Of a stretch of 64,000 nt of DNA, positions 39,711 to 48,066 are shown one piece after another; position 1 is the first letter of the stretch; every line of letters begins with the position of its first letter. A model generated the notes under the pieces. That model had not been told where the DNA came from, searched no databases, and saw only the letters and a list, made by a program, of their open reading frames with translations. The DNA is from an uncultured virus (IMG/VR IMGVR_UViG_3300042881_003198) (Duplodnaviria; Heunggongvirae; Uroviricota; Caudoviricetes): IMG/VR virus record IMGVR_UViG_3300042881_003198, positions 1 through 64,000 of that record; one strand, given 5' to 3'. The translations under genes and the position numbers were made by a program.

Positions 39711-39762
39711 GATGGGTTAAGTGTAATATATCTCATAAGGACATAACAGGGACTTAACCTCC
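39711..39762 (-). repeat. 52-nt hairpin element, copy 2
   Basis: See 39552..39603. Confidence 0.8.
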
Positions 39763-39802
39763 AACAATTTATATAGTAACAAACTTTAAGAAGTTTGTCA
39801 AG

Positions 39803-39876
39803 CGTCCTCTGTAGGATTTGAACCTACGACACATCGGTTCGTAGCCGATTGCTCTATTCCACTGAGCTAAGAGGAC
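39803..39876 (-). tRNA. tRNA-Arg(ACG)
   Basis: ATCGG-CTACGAA-CCGAT. Confidence 0.93.
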
Positions 39877-39879
39877 AAA

Positions 39880-39951
39880 TTCTGAGGGTAGGATTCGAAC
39901 CCACGAATGGCGGGACCAAAACCCGCTGCCTTACCACTTGGCGACCTCAGA
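39880..39951 (-). tRNA. tRNA-Gln(TTG)
   Basis: GCGGG-TTTTGGT-CCCGC. Confidence 0.92.
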
Positions 39952-39952
39952 A

Positions 39953-40026
39953 TGGGGTGCCGTGAGGGAATCGAACCCTCATACAGAGAACCACAATCTC
40001 CTGTCTTACCATTAGACTAACGACAC
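39953..40026 (-). tRNA. tRNA-His(GTG), CCA encoded
   Basis: GGAGA-TTGTGGT-TCTCT; C73. Confidence 0.9.
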
Positions 40027-40027
40027 A

Positions 40028-40099
40028 TAGCAGTAGGTAGATTTGAACTACCGACCATAGGCGTATGAAACCCGTACTCTACCACTGAGCTATACTGCT
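40028..40099 (-). tRNA. tRNA with CAT anticodon (Met; Ile2 not excluded)
   Basis: Loop TTCATAC; weak anticodon stem. Confidence 0.8.
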
Positions 40100-40103
40100 G
40101 AGG

Positions 40104-40193
40104 CGGAAGTGGTTGGATTTGAACCAACGGATGCCTCTTAAAGACATCGGCGGTTTAGCAAACCGCTGCATTAAGCCACTCTGCCACACTTCC
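40104..40193 (-). tRNA. tRNA-Ser(GCT)
   Basis: GCGGT-TTGCTAA-ACCGC; long variable arm. Confidence 0.93.
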
Positions 40194-40195
40194 AA

Positions 40196-40268
40196 TGGAA
40201 ACAACTGGACTCGAACCAGTGGTCTTTCGATTATCAGTCGAATGCTTTACCAACTAAGCTATGTTTCC
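40196..40268 (-). tRNA. tRNA-Ile(GAT)
   Basis: TTCGA-CTGATAA-TCGAA. Confidence 0.93.
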
Positions 40269-40272
40269 ATAG

Positions 40273-40344
40273 TATTCCTAACGGGATTCGAACCCGTGCT
40301 GCCACCTTGAAAGGGTAGTGACCTAACCGCTAGTCGATAGGAAC
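40273..40344 (-). tRNA. tRNA-Glu(TTC)
   Basis: CTACC-CTTTCAA-GGTGG. Confidence 0.92.
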
Positions 40345-40392
40345 TTGATGCTACAACCGCCAAGGAGGAACACTCCATAGGCAGAGTAGCAA

Positions 40393-40466
40393 CGACCCAT
40401 ACGGGATTTGAACCCGTGATCTCCACCGTGACAGGGTGGCGTGATAGACCGCTACACTAATGGGTC
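40393..40466 (-). tRNA. tRNA-Asp(GTC)
   Basis: CCACC-CTGTCAC-GGTGG. Confidence 0.93.
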
Positions 40467-40470
40467 AAGG

Positions 40471-40552
40471 TGGGAGGAGCAGGATTCGAACCTGCGAAGG
40501 CAGAGCCGTCTGATTTACAGTCAGATTCCTTTAGCCACTCGGAAATCCTCCC
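40471..40552 (-). tRNA. tRNA-Tyr(GTA)
   Basis: TCTGA-CTGTAAA-TCAGA; long variable arm. Confidence 0.93.
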
Positions 40553-40556
40553 ACGA

Positions 40557-40629
40557 TGGGTCTGGTCGGGATCGAACCGACGACTTACAGGTTAAAAGCC
40601 CGCTACTCTACCAACTGAGTTACAGACCC
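40557..40629 (-). tRNA. tRNA-Lys(TTT)
   Basis: GCGGG-CTTTTAA-CCTGT. Confidence 0.93.
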
Positions 40630-40749
40630 ATATAATGTGGAAAATATTCGGTTGTCGATGTGCTGGTGGTCTCTCAACCACCCTTTAAGAATATCACCGT
40701 TTGGTCTCTGGGGGGAGATTGGTGGACACTTAGGAAACTGTCACAGGCA

Positions 40750-40790
40750 ATAAAAAAGGGGAGAAAACTTTTGGTTTCTCTCCCCTTTCT
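40750..40790 (-). terminator. Rho-independent terminator
   Basis: AAAGGGGAGAGAAAC...GTTTTCTCCCCTTTTTT. Confidence 0.7.
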
Positions 40791-40811
40791 TTTGCTTTTA
40801 TGGATTACATC

Positions 40812-40910
40812 TTACATATGTTTTTCCATATTCGCAAACAGGGGAGTACCCTCGATATGCCAATAGCGGCAATCGCTGGTAATAATCTGTTTGTTCATTT
40901 GGAAAGACAT
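40812..40910 (-). CDS. 32-aa hypothetical peptide
   Basis: MSFQMNKQIITSDCRYWHIEGTPLFANMEKHM between TATAAATA (~40939) and a terminator. Confidence 0.4.
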   Translation of the reverse strand: MSFQMNKQIITSDCRYWHIEGTPLFANMEKHM

Positions 40911-40964
40911 TGTTTTCGACCTAAGTGTGTTTATTTATACAAGTAATATAGCATTATTCGAAAG

Positions 40965-41037
40965 CGTCCCGTGTAGGATTCGCACCCACGACCGATTCTT
41001 TAGAAGAGAATTGCTCTGTCTCCTGAGCTAACGGGAC
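40965..41037 (-). tRNA. tRNA-Arg(TCT), T-loop TGCGAAT
   Basis: ATTCT-CTTCTAA-AGAAT. Confidence 0.85.
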
Positions 41038-41150
41038 ATAAGGAACCTCCCTGTTTGTGCATCGTTGAGAGGCATGGGAGGTGTGGGATTTATAAGAAGT
41101 TTGGACCTCCTTCACCCGTGATACCACTATAAGGCATCAGGGCACTAAAG

Positions 41151-41339
41151 TCAACCCTTTGCTTCCTTACGAGCGTTCTTTTCTTCGGTAATCTCGGTTC
41201 TACGTGCCTTGACCAGCTTGGCAATCTCCTGAAGTGCCTTACGAGCACGAGTTCCTGCTGCACTATTGCCAGCAGCAAACTTTTCGTCTTCTACTTTCCA
41301 TGCTTCAACAGCACTCAGTAGTTCTTGTGATACGGACAT
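41151..41339 (-). CDS. Small basic protein, histone H1-like (Hc1-family-like)
   Basis: KF..GNSAAGTRARKALQEIAKLVKARR; GGAG upstream of ATG at 41339. Confidence 0.7.
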   Translation of the reverse strand: MSVSQELLSAVEAWKVEDEKFAAGNSAAGTRARKALQEIAKLVKARRTEITEEKNARKEAKG

Positions 41340-41376
41340 AATAATCTCCAAAATAAAATAGGATATGTTTATATAG

Positions 41377-41790
41377 TCAGTTTTTTGGACAATCTTCTAC
41401 CCAAACTGCACAAATTCTCATTGGAGGTGCAAGTGCCTTACATTCATCAGTATAGCAGACACTTTCATCATTCTTTTCATCAACATATTTTGGTTTATAT
41501 TTTTGATCTGCTTCTTCAATAATACGATCATATTCTGAAGTTACATTTTGAATTTCTCTATCAACATCTCTGCCAATTCTGCGATTCAGTTTTTCAGGAT
41601 CTTTAATTATAAATTCATTAAGAATAGTTTGTGGGAAATATTTTCTTTGAATCTCATCAAATAAATCCCAAAGTCCATTTTCAGATACTCCAGTACACTG
41701 GGAAAGTATTGCAATAATAGAAGATAATACAATTCCTATAATTGCATACTGCTTTATATCTGGTTTTTTATTTCCAAAATTGAAATTCAT
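41377..41790 (-). CDS. Hypothetical membrane-anchored protein
   Basis: N-terminal TM segment; C-terminal CYTDEC...PPMRIC. Confidence 0.55.
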   Translation of the reverse strand: MNFNFGNKKPDIKQYAIIGIVLSSIIAILSQCTGVSENGLWDLFDEIQRKYFPQTILNEFIIKDPEKLNRRIGRDVDREIQNVTSEYDRIIEEADQKYKPKYVDEKNDESVCYTDECKALAPPMRICAVWVEDCPKN

Positions 41791-42239
41791 CCAATAATAC
41801 TCTCTCTCCACTCTTCACTCATATTCACCATAATTGCTTCTGCTGCTTCTGGTGTTTCGGCATACCCTTCATCAAGAAGGTGTGAGAGGATGATGTCGTA
41901 GAGGTCTGTTTGTTCTTTTTGATTTCTTGGAGATTTTCCCATTTTTAATGCGTCATCTCCTTTTGTTCTGGAAAAAGTAAGATTTCTATTTCCCACTTTT
42001 TCTTTCCTTTTTTCCAATTTTTTGTTTATTTTTTTCTTTACAGTATTTAACCTTTGTTCTCCTTCACCTTTTGAAATGTATCCAGCACTAGATTGATATG
42101 CTGTTATTGCTTTTGTCCCCGACATTATATTATCTGCTTTTTGTTTAGATGCTTTTTCATCCCTATCTTTAATATCACCTTTTTCTTCATAAACTTCCAT
42201 ATATGCTTCTTGAAGATTGCGAAGTTCTTGTGCGTCCAT
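41787..42239 (-). CDS. Hypothetical late protein
   Basis: LQEAYMEVY...DLYDIILSHLLDEGYAET module shared with 45244..46674; TATAAATA upstream. Confidence 0.6.
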   Translation of the reverse strand: MDAQELRNLQEAYMEVYEEKGDIKDRDEKASKQKADNIMSGTKAITAYQSSAGYISKGEGEQRLNTVKKKINKKLEKRKEKVGNRNLTFSRTKGDDALKMGKSPRNQKEQTDLYDIILSHLLDEGYAETPEAAEAIMVNMSEEWRESIIG

Positions 42240-42314
42240 TCTACGAATACTTTTTAGTTATTTATAAAAAAAGGAGGGTACTAAGACCCCCCCCCCTTCA
42301 GTTATTCTATTGTG

Positions 42315-42962
42315 TCAAACTTCTGCTAGGATCAGTCGGTTGGCATAATTATAAGCAAAGTCAGTTCTGGCACCATGATGCCCCCAACGTATCCATTTTT
42401 TAGCAAGTCTCATATAATCATTAATGGATTTGCCAGGTGTTTTCATTTGATTCTCAATCATCTTCCAATCACCTTCATACATCATATATTGCAATTGAGT
42501 ATCAAGTGTGGAAGGGTCTCCCCCAATACGAGCGGCAAACTTACCAAGACCATAATATCTTGGAGCATTTGTCCATTGGAGTATTCCTACCCCACCACTC
42601 CTACACTGGTGATAAGGCACTCTAGCACCACCTTCACAGATATTAGGAGTGAAGGTAGATTCTTGTCGGATATTGCCCATAATGGTTGCTAGGGCGTTTT
42701 TGTCACTGATTCCTCGTTTCTGTAAGAATTCCAGAGTACGGGACTCATTAGTATTACATCCTTTACAAACTAATCGTTTTACTTTAGGTTTTTCGGGAAC
42801 AACCTCTTTGGTCTCTGTCTCTTGAGTAGGACCTTCAGGAACAATTGCGAAAGGCGGTTGTAGTGCTGAAGATGTTGCCATACTCGGTGCTGGCAGTGTT
42901 GCCGCTGATGTTGCAACCGCACCCAAAATCGCTACGGTTACATTTGTTAGGTTTTTAAGCAT
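42315..42962 (-). CDS. Exported cell-wall hydrolase (phage tail lysozyme / Phage_lysozyme2-like)
   Basis: Signal-like N-terminus; ALATIMGNIRQES...GVGILQWT...R...QLQYM. Confidence 0.75.
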   Translation of the reverse strand: MLKNLTNVTVAILGAVATSAATLPAPSMATSSALQPPFAIVPEGPTQETETKEVVPEKPKVKRLVCKGCNTNESRTLEFLQKRGISDKNALATIMGNIRQESTFTPNICEGGARVPYHQCRSGGVGILQWTNAPRYYGLGKFAARIGGDPSTLDTQLQYMMYEGDWKMIENQMKTPGKSINDYMRLAKKWIRWGHHGARTDFAYNYANRLILAEV

Positions 42963-43172
42963 TAAGTTTAATTGAATTCGGCATCCGTATAGAAGGGGGG
43001 TCCACCTCTTTCTCAAAAGGCACCTTCCACGGCTCTAATTGTCACGATCAAAGACTCATAATAATTACCCTGCTCATAACAGGGATTTCTTCATAATAAG
43101 TTAATATTTAGTGTTTGTCAAGTATGACAGTTTGTAAAGTGTCCTATAAATACAGAGTCCGCATTATCTCCA

Positions 43173-43364
43173 ATGTCAAGAGAGTGGAACACTCCAATTA
43201 GAGAACCATGGAATCCTGTCATTAAAAAATGTCTTGATGCTATCGACGAGCACATCAAGACATATATTAAGACAGGGGATGAATGGCACTTAATGCAAGC
43301 AGAAATATTACGGAAGTATGTAAAAGACTTAAAGATTTGGATTCATAATCAAGAAAAAAGTTAA
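43173..43364 (+). CDS. Hypothetical protein on the plus strand
   Basis: TATAAATA at 43145-43152 upstream; 63 aa. Confidence 0.6.
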   Translation: MSREWNTPIREPWNPVIKKCLDAIDEHIKTYIKTGDEWHLMQAEILRKYVKDLKIWIHNQEKS

Positions 43365-43831
43365 GACACCCAGAGTTTTCCTTCTGCAATTCGTCTTCTT
43401 CTCAATCCTGCCTCCACTTTACTACCAGGATTGCGATACATTTCCAAAGTTGCCGGAATTGCTTTCCAATCTTTTTCTTTTAACTTTTTGGTAATCGTAT
43501 TGAATCCAGGAGCGTTAAAAAAATCAGCACCAAGATTATAAGCAAAAGAGAGCAATGCTCCTCTTTGATTATCATTCATCTCACCCCAATAGGGAATTTT
43601 AGAAATTTTAGGAAGAAAACGATTCAATACATCGTGCTCTAACAGACGGTCAGCATACTCTTGAGTAATGACTTTATCTCTTTTAAATGGAGTGTAATTA
43701 AAGTCTCTTGTACTTCCCCATCCAATCGTAATTGGAAGTCCTCCAGTTAAAGGATCTGGGTATGCCTTTAAATGACATCCTTCAAATTCTTTGATTAGTT
43801 CTATTCCTTCTTTCAGAATAGAACTTTCTAC
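43361..43831 (-). CDS. GH24 (T4-lysozyme-like) muramidase domain, proposed to be reached by -1 frameshift from 43828..44541
   Basis: Open frame VESSILKEGIELIKEFEGCHLKAYPDPLTGGLPITIGWGST...ALLSFAYNLG...GLRRRRIAE; no ATG/GTG/TTG before the catalytic region. Confidence 0.85.
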   Translation of the reverse strand, partial: VESSILKEGIELIKEFEGCHLKAYPDPLTGGLPITIGWGSTRDFNYTPFKRDKVITQEYADRLLEHDVLNRFLPKISKIPYWGEMNDNQRGALLSFAYNLGADFFNAPGFNTITKKLKEKDWKAIPATLEMYRNPGSKVEAGLRRRRIAEGKLWVS

Positions 43832-44541
43832 TTTTTTACATTAAAGATCCTTCCCCATCCAGTCTTATCTTTTCCTTTCTCCAACCAACGATACATCAGA
43901 TCAGACTTCTTATAGACGGCACCCTTACCATTTGTTGCGGGACCAGTATATCCATCATTCAGAGAACCATAAGGATCATTTACCACATAATCTTCACCCC
44001 TCTTACCAATCACTACAACCATGTGCCCACCAGAAGGAGCAGATAGAGTGCCCCTGTGATAGATCCCGATAACAACGGGTCTCCCAGCAGCAAGCTCACG
44101 ATCAAGATCAGCAAAAGAAAGATTATAACTAAAGTGTGACTTAATTCCATAACCTTCCAGAACTTTTGTCTGAACGGTATGATCAGTGGTGTCACCAATT
44201 GCAAATACTTTTTGAATATAAGAGTCATCACCCTTTGTTCCCTGAAGAGTCCCTGGTTTAAAGTATTCTAAACACATCGCACAAGCAGATGAATTACAGG
44301 TTCTTTGAGCATCTCTGTAATTATCTGTTTGTGGGTAGTAAGGAACATTAAGAACACCGGGATCTGCTGGTTTTGTTCCGTAAACTGGTCTTGTTCTGAA
44401 AATACGAACCCAGTTTGAAGTATCATCAATCAAATCAGGATTCTTGTCCGCAAGATCCACTTCAAGTTGCTCTACTGCTGCAACATGCTTTGGGTTATTT
44501 TCGTCATAATGCTTAAAAAAGTTATGAAGATCTATTCGCAT
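43828..44541 (-). CDS. Peptidase C39-like protein (endolysin N-terminal part)
   Basis: LNVPYYPQ...TCNSSACAM...GRPVV...GHMVVVIG...VNDPYG. Confidence 0.85.
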   Translation of the reverse strand: MRIDLHNFFKHYDENNPKHVAAVEQLEVDLADKNPDLIDDTSNWVRIFRTRPVYGTKPADPGVLNVPYYPQTDNYRDAQRTCNSSACAMCLEYFKPGTLQGTKGDDSYIQKVFAIGDTTDHTVQTKVLEGYGIKSHFSYNLSFADLDRELAAGRPVVIGIYHRGTLSAPSGGHMVVVIGKRGEDYVVNDPYGSLNDGYTGPATNGKGAVYKKSDLMYRWLEKGKDKTGWGRIFNVKK

Positions 44542-44542
44542 T

Positions 44543-44719
44543 TTAATCTCCTAGGTATTCTAATGAAAAAATATCATGCTCTGGAATATCAGGATTCAAC
44601 CACTCACTAAATTCCGATTGAATCGCATATGCATTATCAATATCCATCTCACTCAAATAATGAATTCGTTCAATTGCCCAATCATGTGATGACCGAAGTG
44701 TCTGTTCCAAAGTTTCCAT
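44543..44719 (-). CDS. Hypothetical protein
   Basis: METLEQTLRSSHDWAIERIH... Confidence 0.5.
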   Translation of the reverse strand: METLEQTLRSSHDWAIERIHYLSEMDIDNAYAIQSEFSEWLNPDIPEHDIFSLEYLGD

Positions 44720-45137
44720 CAAAATAATCCTTTCTAAAATATCTGGAGAGTATGTTACTATTGTAGTATGCAGGAACTCCAGTGTCAAGCGATTCGGTCA
44801 GTACATTATTTAGGAACAGTTGTCGTGTTTCTTCAAAATTACATTTACCTTTGGTTTTATGTAATGATATTATTTTTCTTTCAAAACATTCCTTACCATA
44901 TTTCGTAATATCTTCCTTAAGTTCAGGACAAGAACCATAATAATTTTTCCAATCTGATTCAGACTTTACTTTTCTTTTTTTTCCTTTTGGTGTTCTAAAC
45001 TGCCAAAGATACTTACGTCCAATATATTTTCTACCGGTGGTCTTACAGGATATGAGATATACGAATCCAAAATAATCTCCTATATGCTGAGACTCAAAGA
45101 TTTCCCCATTAAACTTCCATGGGTTCTCATAGCTCAT
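44682..45137 (-). CDS. GIY-YIG family endonuclease (endonuclease II/DenA-like)
   Basis: GFVYLI...RKYIGRK...YYGS...E...YYN; position downstream of nrdB. Confidence 0.7.
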   Translation of the reverse strand: MSYENPWKFNGEIFESQHIGDYFGFVYLISCKTTGRKYIGRKYLWQFRTPKGKKRKVKSESDWKNYYGSCPELKEDITKYGKECFERKIISLHKTKGKCNFEETRQLFLNNVLTESLDTGVPAYYNSNILSRYFRKDYFDGNFGTDTSVIT

Positions 45138-45243
45138 AGAGTAATCTTAAAGAGCTATTATTTATCCTTCATCCTTAGCAAAGCGATTCTAGCAATAAAA
45201 AAGCACCTTGTCAAGAGGTGCTTTGAGTTATATTAGGAATTTA

Positions 45244-46674
45244 TTATAGAGGCATCTTTGAACCTGGTTTTACTTTCGCTCCACCAGGTTTAGCAGGAGG
45301 CACTGGAGGAGGCACTGGAGTAGTTCTCTTTATACCATATTTCAGTTCGTCTGCTCTTCTTTGTTCCGGTGTAATAAGAGTATTAGATTGCTCGGAAACT
45401 ATTCCCAGAATAGTCTCGGAGTCCATCTCCATCATCACATAAAGTGCCTCATCTACGGTCTCTACGTGCTCGTTGTCGATGAGATACTCAAGGACTAGAT
45501 CAAAAGCATCATACTCATAGGACTGGTTTAGAACCTTCTCTCTAGCGGTCTGTCTGGGTGCCACAGGGGTTGGTTTAGGGCTTGAGGCAATTGCGGCAGT
45601 GGCAGGTACAACGCTTCCAGAGGCAGCAGCAGAGGTGCTAGGAGCAGCAGCAATTGCTTTAGATGGAGTTGCTGCCTTAAAAGCATTTGGATTTTGTGAT
45701 AAGGACTGATTACCTTTACCAAGGTTAGAAACTGCAGGAGATTGAACTGAAGGAGAGTTCATAGGAAGTCTGGACCTCATATCCTTCATTAAAGGATTAT
45801 CAGTCTGTTGAGTTCCACGAATTCTTGCCTTTTCTGCAGCGGCAGCGGCAAGACGTTTATTTGCTGGTGTTGATGCCCACTGGTCCATTGCAGACCCTGC
45901 TGGTTTTGTTGGTGCTGGTGCTGGTTTTGTTGGAGCAACTTTTGGTCCTGCAGGTCTAGTAGCGGCAGGAGCAGCAGCAGCGGGTCTTGTGGGAGAAACA
46001 GGTTGAGTTGCGGTTAGTTTTGGTCCAGGAACTCGCATCAGCGCTTCAGGAGGGAGCCCTGAACCTGGTGGGGTTAAAGATTTTCTTCCTCTTGCGATTA
46101 TCTCAGCAGCAGTTCCACTTCCTTTAGCCATTGCTGCATCACCACCACCAGCTTTATATGCTTTAAACTGGTCTCCACCCAAATTCTGTTGGTTATATGG
46201 TGAATTTTTTGTTCCTGCAGGAATATTTGAAACTCCTGGTTTTTGATCTGATTTGCTTGAAGAAGAAGGTTTTGCTTCAGGAGTAGAACCTCTACCTGTT
46301 ACAAACCCAGCTGCTGCATCTCTTACTCCCCTAGTAGCAGCATTAAAAGTTCTAGATATTGGATTTGTAGATGTAGTCGTTTTGCCAGCATATCCTCGTA
46401 ATCCTGATCCTGCAATATCACTAACAGTCGAGGCAGCTCTATTTAGATTTTGTCTTGCTCCTGCAGTAACATCTCTGACACTAAACTCATTTAAATAAGA
46501 CTCATACATCTCTTCCCAGGTATACTCACTCAGGTCATAACCCTCTTCTAGAAGTGAGTTGACCCAGTTCTCAACTTCTTCCCAGATTTGTTCTTCAGTA
46601 AGTTCTTGAGGAGCATAAACTGCAGCATACGCTTCCATCAAACCCTTAGCGTCACTACCTGTAATTCTTGACAT
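45244..46674 (-). CDS. Hypothetical low-complexity late protein
   Basis: A/P-rich; LMEAYAAVY and DAFDLVLEYLIDN modules; late promoter upstream. Confidence 0.65.
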   Translation of the reverse strand: MSRITGSDAKGLMEAYAAVYAPQELTEEQIWEEVENWVNSLLEEGYDLSEYTWEEMYESYLNEFSVRDVTAGARQNLNRAASTVSDIAGSGLRGYAGKTTTSTNPISRTFNAATRGVRDAAAGFVTGRGSTPEAKPSSSSKSDQKPGVSNIPAGTKNSPYNQQNLGGDQFKAYKAGGGDAAMAKGSGTAAEIIARGRKSLTPPGSGLPPEALMRVPGPKLTATQPVSPTRPAAAAPAATRPAGPKVAPTKPAPAPTKPAGSAMDQWASTPANKRLAAAAAEKARIRGTQQTDNPLMKDMRSRLPMNSPSVQSPAVSNLGKGNQSLSQNPNAFKAATPSKAIAAAPSTSAAASGSVVPATAAIASSPKPTPVAPRQTAREKVLNQSYEYDAFDLVLEYLIDNEHVETVDEALYVMMEMDSETILGIVSEQSNTLITPEQRRADELKYGIKRTTPVPPPVPPAKPGGAKVKPGSKMPL

Positions 46675-46723
46675 TTTTTTCTTTTTTAGTTCTTTATAGT
46701 TTTATTTATAAAAAAAGAGGGTC

Positions 46724-46876
46724 TCAAGGACCCTCATTATTCATCCATTCTTTTTCATAATCATAATCACCAAAAAGAAACTCATCACACTCTGCTGCCT
46801 CTTGATATGCGTTCAGGATTTCCTGTTCGCACCATTCATCATAGTTGGAATCCTGAGAAAGTATCTTTGGTAACAT
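46724..46876 (-). CDS. Small acidic hypothetical protein
   Basis: MLPKILSQDSNYDEWCEQE...; overlaps nrdB 3' end. Confidence 0.45.
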   Translation of the reverse strand: MLPKILSQDSNYDEWCEQEILNAYQEAAECDEFLFGDYDYEKEWMNNEGP

Positions 46877-48020
46877 CTTGCTTGATTCCTCCAACGATAT
46901 AAGACTCAACTTCCGTCTCCTGAGGTGCCACTTGAAGTCCTTTAGAGGAAATCCAGTGCTCAGTCCAAGGAAGGGGATTATTCTTTGCCGGAATATCATA
47001 AAGAGGTTTCAGTCCGATTGCCTTCATTCTACGGTTAGCAATCCATTCAACATACTGCTGTAACAGTTTGTCATTTAGACCAATCATAGAACCATCTTTG
47101 AACAGATACTCTGCCCAAAGTTTTTCTTGATTGACAGCATTCTCAAAGGTCTTGTAGACCCACTGTTCTTCTTCTCTTGAAATACGTGCCATATCAGGAT
47201 CATCACCCTCTTTCCATTTGTTTAGAATGTTCTGAGTAATGACAAGGTGTTGATTCTCATCACGGGCAATTAGACCTATGATTTTTGCACTTCCTTCCAT
47301 AAGCTTGAGTTCGCCAAATGCAAAACTGCAAGCAAAACTGACATAAAAGCGAATACCTTCAAGTATATTAACATTTGCAACTGCTCTGAATAATTTGCGT
47401 TTGAGTTCATATCTTTCTTCCTGTGCGTGGGGAACTTGTTCTTGGGCGTGTTTCCAAAGTTCAGAAGTTCCATAATGTTGAGCACTATTAATGAAGTCAT
47501 TATATGCCTCAGTTACACTGACAGCACGTTCCATAATACGTTCGTCTTTCAGAATCGTATCAAAGACTTCAGAAGGATCTGAATAAACATTTTTGATAAT
47601 ATATGTATATGAACGGGAATGGATCATCTCCATAAACTCCCACACCTTCATACATGCTTCCAGTTCAGGAAGAGAACAGTAAGGAGCAAATGCCATACCA
47701 GGACCTCTTCCCTGAACAGAATCAAGCATAACCTGATACTTCAGATTACTGGTGAAAATATGCTTTTGTTCTGGGCGAAGAGATTGATAATCTCCTCTAT
47801 CCTTTTGAAGAGAGACCTCTTCAGGTCTCCAAAAATATCCTAGTTGTTGAGTTGTTAATTTATCGAAGATTGGATATTTGTAAGAATCGTATCTTTGAAT
47901 TCCTAGTGGTTGTCCAAAAAACATAGGTTGCTTTTTGGTATCAACCTCTTCAGAGTTAAAAACTGTCATTTGATTGACCACATTCTTCTCCGCTAGTTTT
48001 GTCTTAAAGTTAAAATCCAT
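46839..48020 (-). CDS. nrdB: Ribonucleotide reductase class Ia beta subunit
   Basis: FWRPEEV, DSVQGR, EMIHSRSY, LEGIRFYVSF, RDENQH, VAPQETE. Confidence 0.97.
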   Translation of the reverse strand: MDFNFKTKLAEKNVVNQMTVFNSEEVDTKKQPMFFGQPLGIQRYDSYKYPIFDKLTTQQLGYFWRPEEVSLQKDRGDYQSLRPEQKHIFTSNLKYQVMLDSVQGRGPGMAFAPYCSLPELEACMKVWEFMEMIHSRSYTYIIKNVYSDPSEVFDTILKDERIMERAVSVTEAYNDFINSAQHYGTSELWKHAQEQVPHAQEERYELKRKLFRAVANVNILEGIRFYVSFACSFAFGELKLMEGSAKIIGLIARDENQHLVITQNILNKWKEGDDPDMARISREEEQWVYKTFENAVNQEKLWAEYLFKDGSMIGLNDKLLQQYVEWIANRRMKAIGLKPLYDIPAKNNPLPWTEHWISSKGLQVAPQETEVESYIVGGIKQDVTKDTFSGFQL

Positions 48021-48066
48021 AATTTTTTCTTCTCTAAATTAACTCACACTTTTATATTTAATCAGG

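Noticed and set aside
40348..40392. Extra tRNA between Glu and Asp
   Set aside because: A single 45-nt hairpin with no cloverleaf; probably a spacer structure
40113..40866. Plus-strand ORFs in the tRNA cluster
   Set aside because: Antisense to tRNA genes and terminators
43361..43627. 88-aa stand-alone lysozyme as given in the ORF track
   Set aside because: Lacks the catalytic region, which lies upstream in the same frame
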